A stretch of 64,000 nt of DNA from Planctomycetota bacterium (GTDB taxonomy: Bacteria; Planctomycetota; UBA1135; UBA2386), in NCBI GenBank assembly GCA_965250175.1, contig CBDFNI010000010.1, positions 1,549,637-1,613,636 of the forward strand, written 5' to 3'. Below, piece by piece: positions 1 through 9,585 of the stretch (within the stretch, counting starts at the first letter, position 1; each line of letters starts with the position of its first letter). Below the pieces are notes generated by a model. It was not told where the DNA came from, did no database searches, and saw nothing but the letters and a program-made list of their open reading frames with translations. The translations under genes were made by a program, and so were the position numbers.

Positions 1-2954
1 GTCAGGGCAAGGCTTGCGGTCGCGCTGCTGGTTCCCGTCGCTGTTCCGGCCAACTGCACCACCGCGCCGCCGGCGAAGGTCAGGACACCAGTCGCCGATG
101 AAGTGCCGGTTGCTGTGCCAACCAGGGCGGAGTCGTTTGCCAGAACAGCAGTGGCTGAACTGATCCCGGTTGCCGTCCCAGTCATCCCCAGAATAGCCGA
201 CAGGGTGCCCGTGGCGGATGCGGTGCCCGTGGCTGTTCCCACCAGGGCGACTTCTGTGCCGATGCTCAGGGCGCCCATGGCGCTGCTGGTTCCCGTTGCG
301 GTGCCGGTTAGTGCGGAATCATTGGTCAGGGTAGCGGTGGCGCTTGATGTGCCGGCGGCGGTGCCGGTCATCAGGACCTGGACGGTCAGCGTGGCCGTGG
401 CTGAACTGGTGCCAGTGGCTGTTCCGGTCAAGGCTGAATCGTTCGTCAGGGTGGCAGTCGCTGATGATGTGCCCGCAGCCGTGCCCACCAGGTCAACCGT
501 CACCACCGAAGGCGTTGGCCCAAAAGCGAAAAGGACTTGCTTCTTGGCTCCAGGCGTTCCTGTCACCGTCCAGTCGTACTTGATGCCATTGCTGGTCAGT
601 GGCGTGGCGGACAGCCCAGCCGTCAGAATGTCGCCGGTCCCTGCAGTATCCAGCAGGTGCAAGGACTCGCTGGCGGTTGCGCGGCTCTTGCCCACCATTG
701 GGTTGGTTTTGCCGTCCTGGCTTTGGTAGCTGTAGGCTGCCTCGGTGACGCCATCGGTGACGCCGATGCTGAAGCCACCAGCATCCGTCCCGCTTTCCGT
801 GGTGTCAATGGCGCCGGCCAGGGTTCCTATTAGGCCGGCAAAGGCTGGCTGGAAACCTAGAGTTTCCTCCACGTCGGACGTGGTGCTGGTCGGGGAGTTG
901 ATGAACGACACCGTGCTGGTCGCATTGTTCAGGCGTAGGGCCAGGTAGCCGATTTCAATGCCGCCGGCGTCGTCCTTTGTTGTTGCTGTGAACCCGTTCG
1001 CGTGGGCGCTGATCTGGATTTTTTCGGTGATAGTCCCGCTTTCGTCCATGTCGGTGGCCACGCCATTGGTCGAAACTCTGACGTAGTTCTCCGCAGTAGT
1101 CCCGAAATTCTTTTCCGACCATTCGAAGCTCGCCTGGGTGTTGCTGTTACGTGACCAAACGCCGATAGAAAGTTTCGCGTGGTCCCGTTGCGTACCGTCC
1201 AGGGCTGCTTGCCGCGTGTTCCAGAAGAACACCAAGTCCGCCTGGTCGGTGGCGCCAAGCTCACAAACGACGTTCGTGGCGCTGTCCTGGGTAGCGTGAC
1301 TGGTGAAGCGGTCGCAGAAAGCCGTCAGGTCATCACCGCCAAACAGCACGGCGGTCAGCGGGTAGGTTTCGAACCCGCCGGACATACTCATGCTAACGCC
1401 ATCCGTAACCCAGTCATTCCAGTGGCCGTCCGTCAGGGATGACGAGCTGCTGGAATGCGATAACCAAATGCCGGCCAGGTCGGCGTCGTATAGCCCCACG
1501 TTCCTGGTGCTGGTGTCGCTGTTGCCCTCTTCGTTCGAAATGCTGGCGTGGCTGCTACCAGGCGGCGGGGTACCGCCCAGGCCGCGCCTTCCGTCGGTGC
1601 CGCCGATAAAGAGACTGGCATGGGCAGCTGTAGTATCCAGTGATATGGCACCACCGCCAAGGAATAGCGCGCCCTTGACTTGTCCGAATCCTGTGCTGGT
1701 GAAGTCCAAAGCACCCGATGCCGTAGGCGCTGGCAGGTTGACCACGGCCGCCTTGACGTCTGCCACCCCCTCCATGGTCATGGTGCCGACTGCGGAACTT
1801 GTGCCTGTAGCTGTTCCTGCAAGACCCAGGACCGCAGTCATGGCAGCGGTTGCAGTAGCCGTGCCCACTGCTGTGCCAACCATGTTGACGACCTTTGTCA
1901 GGGTTCCCGTCGCGCTGCTTGTTCCGGTCGCGGTGCCGGTTAGTGCGGAATCATTGGTCAGGGTAGCCGTGGCCGAGCTGGTGCCGGTGGCTGTGCCGTC
2001 CAGCAAGATGGGTTCCACCTGGATGGCAAGGGCAAAGAATTGGTTGTCTGCCTCAGCAAGCCCACCTGTAACCCAATCGAAGTCTACGCCTGTCGATGTG
2101 AATGACCATTCATCGGTGCCATTGACAGACGCAACCCGATCCTTGGACGCATAGGTGATGTCAGAATTGCCGCCCGTGTAATAGCGGGAGTAGGCACCGA
2201 CAAATTCTAGAGGGTCTGACGAGATACCATTGCCGGATGCATATTGTATGGCAGCCGACATAAACACGCGGTTCGTGCCGTCATACATGAAGTGCGAGAT
2301 GCTGCCGGCTTCCTCTTTGTCGGCAATGCTGTCTGTCGTCGCGGCTGGGTGCCACTCCGTATCCTTGATGCGGGTAAACATGCCCATCATCGCCTGCGGC
2401 TTGAACCCGAAGTTGAGGGACTTGGTGCCGGTGGTCGCCGTCTTGTCCAGCAGCAGGTTCAGCTTTACGTCGTCCAGCTTCAGCGCCAGATAGTTGGTGA
2501 CCCGACCTTCGTTGCCGCTTGGATCTACTGGGATTTGACCAGCAACAGCCCTTGGTGATGTCGCAGAAAATGACTTCCACTCAACTCCGCCCTGCGTATT
2601 TCCGCCGTTGTCCACAACCTCGCGCATTGAGTAGTTCTCGCCGCGAATGTGTGGGTCGGCTGTTGGATTGGCATCAGATTCAAACCATGAAACGCAATGC
2701 TGCTTGACTCCGTTTGTGGCGTCATTGATGCAGATGCCGTGAATGGCGCGAAACCTTGCGGGGGTTGCCCCCTGGCTACCAATCACCGTATCGCTAAGAA
2801 TCAGGTTCGGCTCAAAGCTGAGCGTGGTTACATTTAGATCTCCTGATCCGTTGTTGAGATGGTTGGCCTTTGCTTGGACTCCATCACCGGCAAATAGCAG
2901 CACGCCGATGCCATACCTTGCTGACGGATATGTATTGCTTCCACCGGTCCACGC
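1..2954 (-). CDS. Partial CDS whose C-terminal part lies beyond window position 1. It encodes a very large Thr/Gly/Ala/Ser-rich modular protein with at least two homologous modules of about 270 aa, separated by GTATGTSSATxTLTNDSAL-type repeats. Putative surface, adhesin or tail-fibre-like protein; family not recognised.
   Basis: The ORF is absent from the track because this frame has no stop inside the window; every listed minus ORF between 1 and 2954 is in one of the other two frames. Hand translation of the complement, with codons starting at 2954, 2951 and so on, gives four stop-free segments. They are AWTGGSNTYPSARYGIGVLLFAGDG (2954-2880), ITYASKDRVASVNGTDEWSFTSTGVDFDWVTGGLAEADNQFFALAIQVEPILLDGTATGT (2159-1982), SLTDGHWNDWVTDGVSMSMSGGFETYPLTAVLFGGDDLTA (1439-1322) and AAGTSSATATLTNDSALTGT (359-302). 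The track ORFs 103..729(+) and 1390..2154(+), with VPVAVP runs, are the antisense shadow of the GTATGT repeats. Not every codon was checked by hand. Confidence 0.6.
298..335. repeat. 38-nt perfect direct repeat, copy 1, inside the repeat protein gene.
   Basis: gcggtgccggttagtgcggaatcattggtcagggtagc is identical at 298..335 and 1930..1967. On the minus strand it encodes the ATLTNDSALTGTA part of the protein repeat. Confidence 0.85.
1930..1967. repeat. 38-nt perfect direct repeat, copy 2.
   Basis: Identical to 298..335, about 1.6 kb away within the same ORF. Confidence 0.85.
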
Positions 2955-4131
2955 TAGTGGTATGACGCAGAATTAGTAGGCCTTTATATTAAGCCTCCCT
3001 ACGCTTGCGGTGCGTAGGTATCGTTGGAGGCAAGACGATGCGCGTTGCAGTAGAGATTCAACTTACCAAGAGCGAGCGAAGCACCCTGACGAATTGGTCA
3101 CGCAGTCGGAGAATTTCGGTGAGGCAAGCTCAGCGAGCCCGAATGATCCTTCTTGCCGCTGATGGCTACTCGAATGCGGATATAGCTGAGGAGATGAGGG
3201 TCAAGCGACACACTGTGGGGCGTTGGCGAAACCGCTTCAGCGAGCATCGCCTCACTGGTATAGAGAAGGACCTTCCTCGGGGAGGTCGTCCCCGTGCGAA
3301 CGAGGAAGTTGAGAGTGAGATCATCCGCATGACTACGCAAGAGATCCCCGCGAACGCGACACACTGGAGCACGCGACTCCTTGCAGAGGAGATGGGAATC
3401 ACGCAGTCGATGGTCCACCGCACATGGAAGGCCAACGGTCTGAAACCTCACTTGGTGAAGACGTTCAAGGTCAGCAACGATTCTCGGTTCGAAGAGAAGC
3501 TGCGCGATGTGGTAGGTCTCTACCTGAATCCGCCCGAGAATGCACTCGTCTTTAGCGCGGACGAAAAGACGTCAATTCAGGCTCTCGATCGGACCCAGAA
3601 GAGCCTTCCACTGGTCAAGGGCCGATGCGGCACGATGACTCATGACTACAAGAGGAACGGAACAACCACCTTGTTCGCCGCGATCGAGTTGGGTCACGGC
3701 GAAGTGATCGCAACCTGCATGAAGCGACATCGACATCAGGAGTGGATCAAGTTCCTGAGAATGATCGACGAGCAAACTCCAGCTGAACTCGATCTGCACG
3801 TCATCGCCGACAACTACGCCACACACAAGCATGAGAAGGTTAAGCGGTGGCTGAAGCGCCATCCGCGATTCCACATGCACTTCATCCCGACAAGCAGCTC
3901 GTGGCTCAATATCGTGGAGGGGTTTTTCCGCAATCTTGATCAAAAACGCCTGAAGCGCGACGCGTTTCGCAGCGTCCCTCAACTCAAGAAAGCAATCATG
4001 GACTACATCGATAACCACAACGACGATCCGAAGCCGATTGTTTGGACCAAGGCCGCCGACGAGATCCTCGAAAAAGTCGGTCGCGCACGCGCTGCACTGA
4101 AAATGCCCCAACAGAGCGCATCACACCACTA
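2955..4131 (+). mobile_element. IS630-family insertion sequence, copy 1 (1177 bp counted with one flanking TA).
   Basis: It has the same length as 42877..44053 (inverted) and matches it at all but two positions. Similarity to that copy starts and stops exactly at TA dinucleotides on both sides. The imperfect terminal inverted repeats are TAGTGGTATGACGC and TAGTGGTGTGATGC. It carries one DDE transposase ORF. Confidence 0.9.
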
Positions 4132-4132
4132 G
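3038..4132 (+). CDS. IS630-family DDE transposase (364 aa from ATG 3038; the track starts 11 codons earlier at a TTG).
   Basis: The N-terminus has HTH-like segments (LTKSERSTL..., [21 protein letters not shown]). The DDE-type core contains [23 protein letters not shown] and [11 protein letters not shown]. The TAG stop overlaps the terminal TA. Confidence 0.9.
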   Translation: MRVAVEIQLTKSERSTLTNWSRSRRISVRQAQRARMILLAADGYSNADIAEEMRVKRHTVGRWRNRFSEHRLTGIEKDLPRGGRPRANEEVESEIIRMTTQEIPANATHWSTRLLAEEMGITQSMVHRTWKANGLKPHLVKTFKVSNDSRFEEKLRDVVGLYLNPPENALVFSADEKTSIQALDRTQKSLPLVKGRCGTMTHDYKRNGTTTLFAAIELGHGEVIATCMKRHRHQEWIKFLRMIDEQTPAELDLHVIADNYATHKHEKVKRWLKRHPRFHMHFIPTSSSWLNIVEGFFRNLDQKRLKRDAFRSVPQLKKAIMDYIDNHNDDPKPIVWTKAADEILEKVGRARAALKMPQQSASHH

Positions 4133-4451
4133 CACGCTGTCATGGGCACCGGACAGCTCACGGATCGCCTACTTGGCTGATCAGGACACGGATAACGTGT
4201 TTGAGATCTATACCGTCCTCCCCGATGGCACAGGCAACACCAAAGTCAGCGGCACCCTCGCCGCAGACGGAGATGTGCAATTCATCTCCCCGTGGGCACC
4301 GGACAGTTCACGCATCGCCTACCGAGCCGACCAGGACACAGACAACGTAAATGAGCTCTACATGTCGACTGCGGACGGCGTTGCCAATGCCAAAATCTCT
4401 GGGACATTGGTGGCGGGTGGAAATGTAACCAGTTTTGCCATGTCACCATGA
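4133..4451 (+). pseudogene. Fragment encoding two PD40/TolB-type beta-propeller repeats. It is probably the 3' remnant of a larger gene and abuts the IS.
   Basis: Translation from the IS boundary reads [80 protein letters not shown]..., i.e. two copies of a WAPDSSRIAYxADQDTDNVxExY unit. The frame has no convincing N-terminus; the track starts at TTG 4173. Confidence 0.4.
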
Positions 4452-4642
4452 TCTCGGGACGGGCTCAGGTATCAAAGAGCCTTGAGGCCGGGTTTTTGGA
4501 CATGCCCGGGATTCGAGCTCCCGCGCCCCCACCCAGGCCCAGAACCAAAATCCAATCCAGGCAAGGCTTGTCAGCCAACAGAGATTAGACTTCTATCCCT
4601 CGTCTTGACCCCTGGAACAGCCCCCCCGAGCGGAACCCTTAC

Positions 4643-5980
4643 TTGAAGATTGCCATCCTAGGCGCCGGTATTTCCGGCACCACCCTCGCCCGCCTGCTCA
4701 GTGCCGACAAGCATCAGGTTGTGGTGCTGGAGAAGAGCGACCGCGCCGGCGGTCTGTGCAAGTCCCGCAAGATCCAGGACTTCACCTTCGACGATGCCGG
4801 CGGCCACATCATGTTCAGCAAGCAGACCAAGGTGCTGGATTGGATGAAGAACATCACCGGTGGCGAAGACGCCCTGGTGCGCAATGAACGGCACACCCGC
4901 ATCCGCTGGCACGACCGCTATGTGCCCTACCCCTTCGAGAATGGCGTGGGACACCTGACCAAGGAAGCCACCGTGGAGTGCATGGAAGGCTATGTGGAGG
5001 CTTACGTGCAACGGCGCCTGGGCCAGGCCTGCCCGGAGAAGTTCGGTGACTGGATCCAATGGCGCATGGGCCAAGGCTTCGCCGATCACTTCATGGTTCC
5101 CTACAACGAGAAGATCTGGAAGTGCGACCTGAACCAGATGGGCAGCCAATGGGTAGCGGGTCGCGTACCCGAAGCGCCGGTGAAGGACATCCTGAGTGCT
5201 GCCGTTGGCCTGCAGTCAGAAGGCTACACCCACCAGTCCATCTTCTACTTCCCCAAGCAGGGTGGCTTTGAAGCCATGGTTAAGGGCACGGTGCAGGAAG
5301 GCGGCTTTGAACTGCGACTGAACCAGGCAGTGGAAAGCGTGCACAAGCAAGGCGAACAGTACCAGGTGAACGGCGAAGACTATGACCTGGTGGTGAACAC
5401 CGTGCCCCTGCCCTTGGTGGAGTCGGCCATTGCTGACATTCCCGCAGCCATCCGCCAGGACATCCAGGCCCTCAAGCCCATCGGCCTGATCAACGTGATG
5501 ATCGGTGTGAAGCTGGATGAGCCCATGCCAAACCTGAGCTGGATCTACCTGCCCTTCAAGGAACAGGGCCCGGTGAACCGGGTCACCTTCTTCAGCAACT
5601 ACTCACCGCACAATGCACCCACCGGTCATGGTTCCTTCATGGCCGAGGTCACCCACCGCCAGGACATTGAACCCACCAAGGCCTGGCTCAAGGATCTGGT
5701 GGCAGCCCTGGGCAAGGCCGGCATCCTCAACCCGGCCAATGTGGTGCTGACGGAATTCGTGAATTCTGACTTTGCCTACATCGATCAGAACCTGGAATTC
5801 CCCGAACGGGTGCAGCGGGTACGGGAGTGGTTCGACCAGTCGGGCCTGATCACCTTTGGCCGCTTTGGCCGCTATGAGTATCACAACTCAGACCAGTGCA
5901 TTGCCCGGGCCATGGAAGTGCACCAACACATTCAAGAGATCGCCCAAAGCGGCAAACCCGCGCGGCCGAAGTTTGCCTAG
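4643..5980 (+). CDS. FAD/NAD(P)-binding oxidoreductase (amine-oxidase or protoporphyrinogen-oxidase-like family).
   Basis: 445 aa with a TTG start. The N-terminus carries a Rossmann motif: KIAILGAGISGTTLARLL..VVVLEKSDRAGG. Confidence 0.75.
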   Translation: MKIAILGAGISGTTLARLLSADKHQVVVLEKSDRAGGLCKSRKIQDFTFDDAGGHIMFSKQTKVLDWMKNITGGEDALVRNERHTRIRWHDRYVPYPFENGVGHLTKEATVECMEGYVEAYVQRRLGQACPEKFGDWIQWRMGQGFADHFMVPYNEKIWKCDLNQMGSQWVAGRVPEAPVKDILSAAVGLQSEGYTHQSIFYFPKQGGFEAMVKGTVQEGGFELRLNQAVESVHKQGEQYQVNGEDYDLVVNTVPLPLVESAIADIPAAIRQDIQALKPIGLINVMIGVKLDEPMPNLSWIYLPFKEQGPVNRVTFFSNYSPHNAPTGHGSFMAEVTHRQDIEPTKAWLKDLVAALGKAGILNPANVVLTEFVNSDFAYIDQNLEFPERVQRVREWFDQSGLITFGRFGRYEYHNSDQCIARAMEVHQHIQEIAQSGKPARPKFA

Positions 5981-6000
5981 CTGGCTTCATTGAGCTCGCA

Positions 6001-6375
6001 TCAATCTGCGGCGGGGGCCTCGTAGTCAGCCGCAACGGTGCTGATCACCGGCGTGATGATCCAGGTGAAGGGAGGGAAGCCATACCAGTAGTTCTCGGAC
6101 GCGGCCTGGAACACCCGGACATTATCACCGCCGTCCTCCTTGATGGTGTCAGTGAGGTCGTTGACCAGACCGCCGATCTCCATGTTGCCCAAGAAGGGCA
6201 GGATGACCAGAAATTTGAGGCCGACCTTGGTGGCGGTGGTCAGCTTGACGGCCTTGCCGTTGGCACCCACTCGACCATTCCACTGGGAGGCGTGGGAGTG
6301 GAAGGCACAGCTTTGACCAAGGGAAAGGAGGAGGGAAAGAGCAAGAAGACCGCAGAGGGATTTGATAAGTCGCAT
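6001..6375 (-). CDS. Small secreted protein or lipoprotein; family not recognised.
   Basis: The internal ATG at 6375 gives MRLIKSLCGLLALSLLLSLGQSCAF..., a signal-peptide-like N-terminus with a Cys after the hydrophobic core. Length is 124 aa. Confidence 0.5.
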   Translation of the reverse strand: MRLIKSLCGLLALSLLLSLGQSCAFHSHASQWNGRVGANGKAVKLTTATKVGLKFLVILPFLGNMEIGGLVNDLTDTIKEDGGDNVRVFQAASENYWYGFPPFTWIITPVISTVAADYEAPAAD

Positions 6376-6885
6376 GCCGCGGATCGTCCCAATTTCATCC
6401 CGGTTTTCAAGCTCGCTAAAAGCGCCGGGAGAGACCTTGCACAGGGACACAAAGCTCACGTAAGCGCCGCTTGCAACAGGTCCGGGAAGATCTCGATTAA
6501 GTCAGGTTAAAAAGGAGCGGGACAACCAGCATGGATAGGCTGCCCCGCATGACTCGAGATGACTGCGTGGCTCGCACTCCGCGCAGATATCCCTTCCAAA
6601 CCAATTATTGTCAGCAAGCTGAAAAGGCTCTTGGTTGATCTTGCTCCAATCAACCTGGCGTAGGGCCGAAACCCAACCGATAAAAGACCCCTCTAAGACG
6701 GTTGCCAAGCCTTCGCGTCCGGTGCCTGCTGGCACTGGTTTGGCGAGATCTGATTCCGAGAGAGCATGAAGGGGGTTACCCCCCGACTTACGCCCTAATG
6801 GACGACAGCAAGGAGCCTTGGTGTTCCCTGGCCCGGGAAAGAATTGGTCCAGAATGGAAGATGCCCGACTTAAGTCATTGCACAA

Positions 6886-8631
6886 TCAAAGCTTAAGGGA
6901 CTTCCCCCGACGCACGTAGATCAAGCCTTCCAGCATCATCCAGAGGATCAGGGTCAGCAGCAGACCATTCAACCCCAGCAGCAGCCAGTTCTCCTGCTGC
7001 AGGAAGCCCCCCATGCTCAGCAGAATGGACCAGATGGTGATGATCATGACGAAGAGCATGGGCAGGACCAGGGCCTTCACCGGCCTGCCCCGCTTCCAGA
7101 AGTAGACCGCCAGGACCATCAGGGTAATGGCCGCCAGCATCTGGTTGCTGGCGCCAAACAATGGCCACAGTACCCAGCCCACCTGAGTCTGCCGGCCGGT
7201 GCTGGGGTCACTGACGGAGATGAAAACCAGGGCCATGGCTGGCAGCACCGCCAGGAGAGTGGCCAGGTAACGGTTGGTGAGGGGCCAGATCCGCAGTGAA
7301 CGTGCCAACTCGGCAATGATGAAGCGTTGGATTCTGGTGGCGGAATCCAAAGTGGTGGCAGCGAAGGAGACCACCAACACCGCCATCAAGGTGATGGCCA
7401 TCTTTTGCGGCACATGGGCCGCCTTCAGGAACTCTGCCCCGCCCAAGACAAAGGCCTGCGCCTTGTTCTTACCGGCGTTACCCCAGGTGTCGTAGTAGCT
7501 GATCCAACTCAGGTCCTTTACCAATCCCTGGCCCGGCAGTTCGCACTGCCCCACATAGGCGATACCCGCAAGAGCAGCCAAGGCCGCCGCCAAGGCCAGG
7601 GCACCTTCTCCCAACATGCTGCCATAGCCGATGGCGCGGGCGTGGCGCAGGCTGCTGATCTGCTTGGAAGTGGTGCCAGAAGAAACCAGGCCGTGAAAAC
7701 CACTGATGGCGCCACAGGCAATGGTGACAAACAAGAAGGGCAGGATGGGCGGCGCGCCTTCGGTTTCAGTACGCAACCAGGGCGCATCGAAATCTGGCCG
7801 CAGCAGGATCACCCCCAGGTACAAAAGCCCCAAGCCCACCAAGAGTTGATGGCTGTTCACATAGTCCCGAGGTTGCAACAGGAACCACACCGGCAGCAGG
7901 CTGGCTACGGCACAATAGGCGAAGAGGAAGTAGATCCAGAAGTTGGTGGCCTGGGCCTTGTCCCAACCCAGAGCCAGGATGCTGCCCTCTCCTCCCGGCT
8001 CGACGGTGAAGTCCACCCGCCAGTCGGTTCCCAGCCAGACGAAGAAATAGAGCAGCACCAGTGCAATGAGAGAGGGGACCAGAGCCTTGAGCTTGTAGAG
8101 CATCCAGCCCATGGCCATGGCAATGAAGATGGAGGCATTCACCGGCAACACGGAGGAGGGAATGCCGGTGAACAGACCAGCGATGGCCATGGCAAAAACC
8201 GCCAGCACCAACCAACTCACAACCATCACAAAGCAGAGGAACAGCAGACGTACCCTGGGCGTGATCACATTGCCGGCGATGTCGGCAATGGAGCGACCCT
8301 GCTCGCGGATGCTGACCACCAGCGCGCCGAAGTCATGGGTCGCGCCCATGAAGATGGTGCCCAACACCACCCACAACAAAGCCGGCAACACTCCCCAATA
8401 GGCGGCAACGCAGGGGCCGATGATGGGTGCGGCGCCGGCGATAGAAGTAAAGTGGTGACCAAAGAGGATGTGCTTGTTGGTAGGCACATAGTCCCGACCA
8501 TCTTCAAACTCATGGGCTGGCGTCAGGATCTCATCCTGATCGTGGTAGATGCGCCGACCCAGATAGCGGGCATAAAAGCGATAGCCCAGGAAGAAGGCGA
8601 CCAGAACAAAGAGCGCGACGAGTGCTGCCAT
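6886..8631 (-). CDS. cstA: Carbon starvation protein A family peptide/pyruvate transporter.
   Basis: 581-aa polytopic membrane protein. The N-terminal region, RFYARYLGRRIY...PAHEFEDGRDYVPTNKHILFGHHFTSIAGAAPIIGP, is typical of CstA. Confidence 0.9.
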   Translation of the reverse strand: MAALVALFVLVAFFLGYRFYARYLGRRIYHDQDEILTPAHEFEDGRDYVPTNKHILFGHHFTSIAGAAPIIGPCVAAYWGVLPALLWVVLGTIFMGATHDFGALVVSIREQGRSIADIAGNVITPRVRLLFLCFVMVVSWLVLAVFAMAIAGLFTGIPSSVLPVNASIFIAMAMGWMLYKLKALVPSLIALVLLYFFVWLGTDWRVDFTVEPGGEGSILALGWDKAQATNFWIYFLFAYCAVASLLPVWFLLQPRDYVNSHQLLVGLGLLYLGVILLRPDFDAPWLRTETEGAPPILPFLFVTIACGAISGFHGLVSSGTTSKQISSLRHARAIGYGSMLGEGALALAAALAALAGIAYVGQCELPGQGLVKDLSWISYYDTWGNAGKNKAQAFVLGGAEFLKAAHVPQKMAITLMAVLVVSFAATTLDSATRIQRFIIAELARSLRIWPLTNRYLATLLAVLPAMALVFISVSDPSTGRQTQVGWVLWPLFGASNQMLAAITLMVLAVYFWKRGRPVKALVLPMLFVMIITIWSILLSMGGFLQQENWLLLGLNGLLLTLILWMMLEGLIYVRRGKSLKL

Positions 8632-8650
8632 CTGTTATTTGCTGAAGTCC

Positions 8651-9148
8651 CTATTTAGTGAAATCCATGGTGCAGACGCCCTGCTGGCCAGGAGTTTCTT
8701 CCACTCCCACCTCCAAGATTTCCAGCTGCACCTGCTGGAACTTCTGCTGGAGGCGACTGGCCAATTCCCGGCACAGGTAGGCCGCCAGGTTTTCCGCACT
8801 GCTGTTGTTGATGGGCAGCACGATCACCTCATCAGCGGGGACCAAATAGCGCCGCTCCTGGTAGAGAATCTCCATCTGCCCATCGGCCTGCTTGTTCGCC
8901 TTCAGCACTGGATGCTTGCCGGGAATCAGCAGATGCTCATCCAGGGCATCCACCAATTCCCGGATCAGCGGCTTGATGTCCTTGAAGTTCAACACCAGCC
9001 CGAACTTATCCAGGGCGGAACGCACCTCCACATACACCTTGTAGTTGTGACCGTGCAGACGCTCAGCAGTGCCGTCGGGGAAAATCAGGAAGTGCGCGGC
9101 ACTGAACTTGAGATAGTCCTTGTGGACTTTGATGGACCAGCTTTCCAT
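8651..9148 (-). CDS. 6-pyruvoyl-tetrahydropterin synthase / QueD family protein.
   Basis: Starting at ATG 9148 the protein reads MESWSIKVHKDYLKFSAAHFL...RLHGHNYKVYVEV, which contains the PTPS-family His motif. A 19-nt gap separates it from cstA downstream. Confidence 0.7.
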   Translation of the reverse strand: MESWSIKVHKDYLKFSAAHFLIFPDGTAERLHGHNYKVYVEVRSALDKFGLVLNFKDIKPLIRELVDALDEHLLIPGKHPVLKANKQADGQMEILYQERRYLVPADEVIVLPINNSSAENLAAYLCRELASRLQQKFQQVQLEILEVGVEETPGQQGVCTMDFTK

Positions 9149-9150
9149 GG

Positions 9151-9504
9151 TTGCGGAGAATAGCGACCGTGGACCTGAACAGCATCCCATTCAAGAAAAC
9201 CAGCTACAAAGGCGTGTGGATCCACTTCTTCTTTAGCGACCGGACGACGGGCCAGGCCACGGTGATGATCAAGATGGACCCGGGCTGCAGCTACCCCAAA
9301 CACCGCCACAAGGGAGCGGAGGAACTGTTCGTGCTACAGGGCGGCTACCGGGACGAGCACGGCGAATACCACAGCGGCGCCTATGTGCGCTACGAGGACG
9401 GCAGCGTCCACCATCCGGTGGCGCTAGCGGGAGACGACGCTGAACCCTGTGTGTTCTTCGCCATCTCCGCCGAGGGCATCCAGCTATTTGCCGAAGACGA
9501 ATAG
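9151..9504 (+). CDS. Cupin-domain protein.
   Basis: YPKHRHKGAEELFVLQG fits the cupin motif-1 pattern HxH...E...G. A later GAYVRYEDGSVHHP segment fits motif 2. The start is uncertain: TTG 9151 or GTG 9169. Confidence 0.6.
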   Translation: MRRIATVDLNSIPFKKTSYKGVWIHFFFSDRTTGQATVMIKMDPGCSYPKHRHKGAEELFVLQGGYRDEHGEYHSGAYVRYEDGSVHHPVALAGDDAEPCVFFAISAEGIQLFAEDE

Positions 9505-9585
9505 CTGTGGCTTAGCATAGCCGTTGCCTAGCAGCCGTTGAAGAAGTGCTCTGGTAGCCAAGCCGGTGGCTTTTGCAACGGCCTG

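Noticed and set aside
103-2154. Long plus-strand ORFs 103..729 and 1390..2154, with monotonous VPVAVP, AVPT and LVPVAV runs.
   Set aside because: They are the antisense reading of GTATGT-type codon repeats. The minus-strand frame gives a far more protein-like, stop-free translation across the whole region.
6728-6742. A sigma-54 promoter-like element, TGGCAC-N5-TGGC, on the plus strand.
   Set aside because: The -12 element is imperfect (TGGC rather than TTGC), and no plus-strand gene lies downstream, since cstA is on the opposite strand. A similar motif at about 18880 lies inside a coding region.
6376-6885. A 510-bp gene-poor spacer downstream of cstA with several hairpins (GGGGGTAACCCCC, GTGCCAGCAGGCAC) and a 127-aa ORF (6502..6885). 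I considered a structured RNA (RNase P, SRP, cobalamin or c-di-GMP riboswitch) or a YbdD-like small protein.
   Set aside because: None of the signature sequences I know is present: GGAAAGTCCGG, the B12 box, the SRP GGAA/AGCA motif, or the DUF466 pattern. The ORF translation has no recognisable features. I left it unannotated; an Rfam scan would settle it.
7327-8658. A 443-aa plus-strand ORF opposite cstA. Similar long shadow ORFs lie opposite other genes: 17734..19257, 28429..29319, 24875..25738, 32551..33330, 36057..36707, 37526..38524, 41597..42637, 44529..45350, 48058..50304 and 52924..53796.
   Set aside because: High-GC DNA produces long stop-free antisense frames. Their translations are Arg/Gly/His/Gln-rich with no motifs, and each lies opposite a gene with clear family signatures.
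9146-9153. Head-to-head start codons of the QueD-like gene (ATG 9148, minus strand) and the cupin gene (TTG 9151, plus strand), only 2 nt apart. This would imply fully overlapping divergent promoters.
   Set aside because: The cupin start is uncertain (GTG 9169 is also possible), and closely divergent starts occur in compact genomes. There is not enough evidence for anything unusual.
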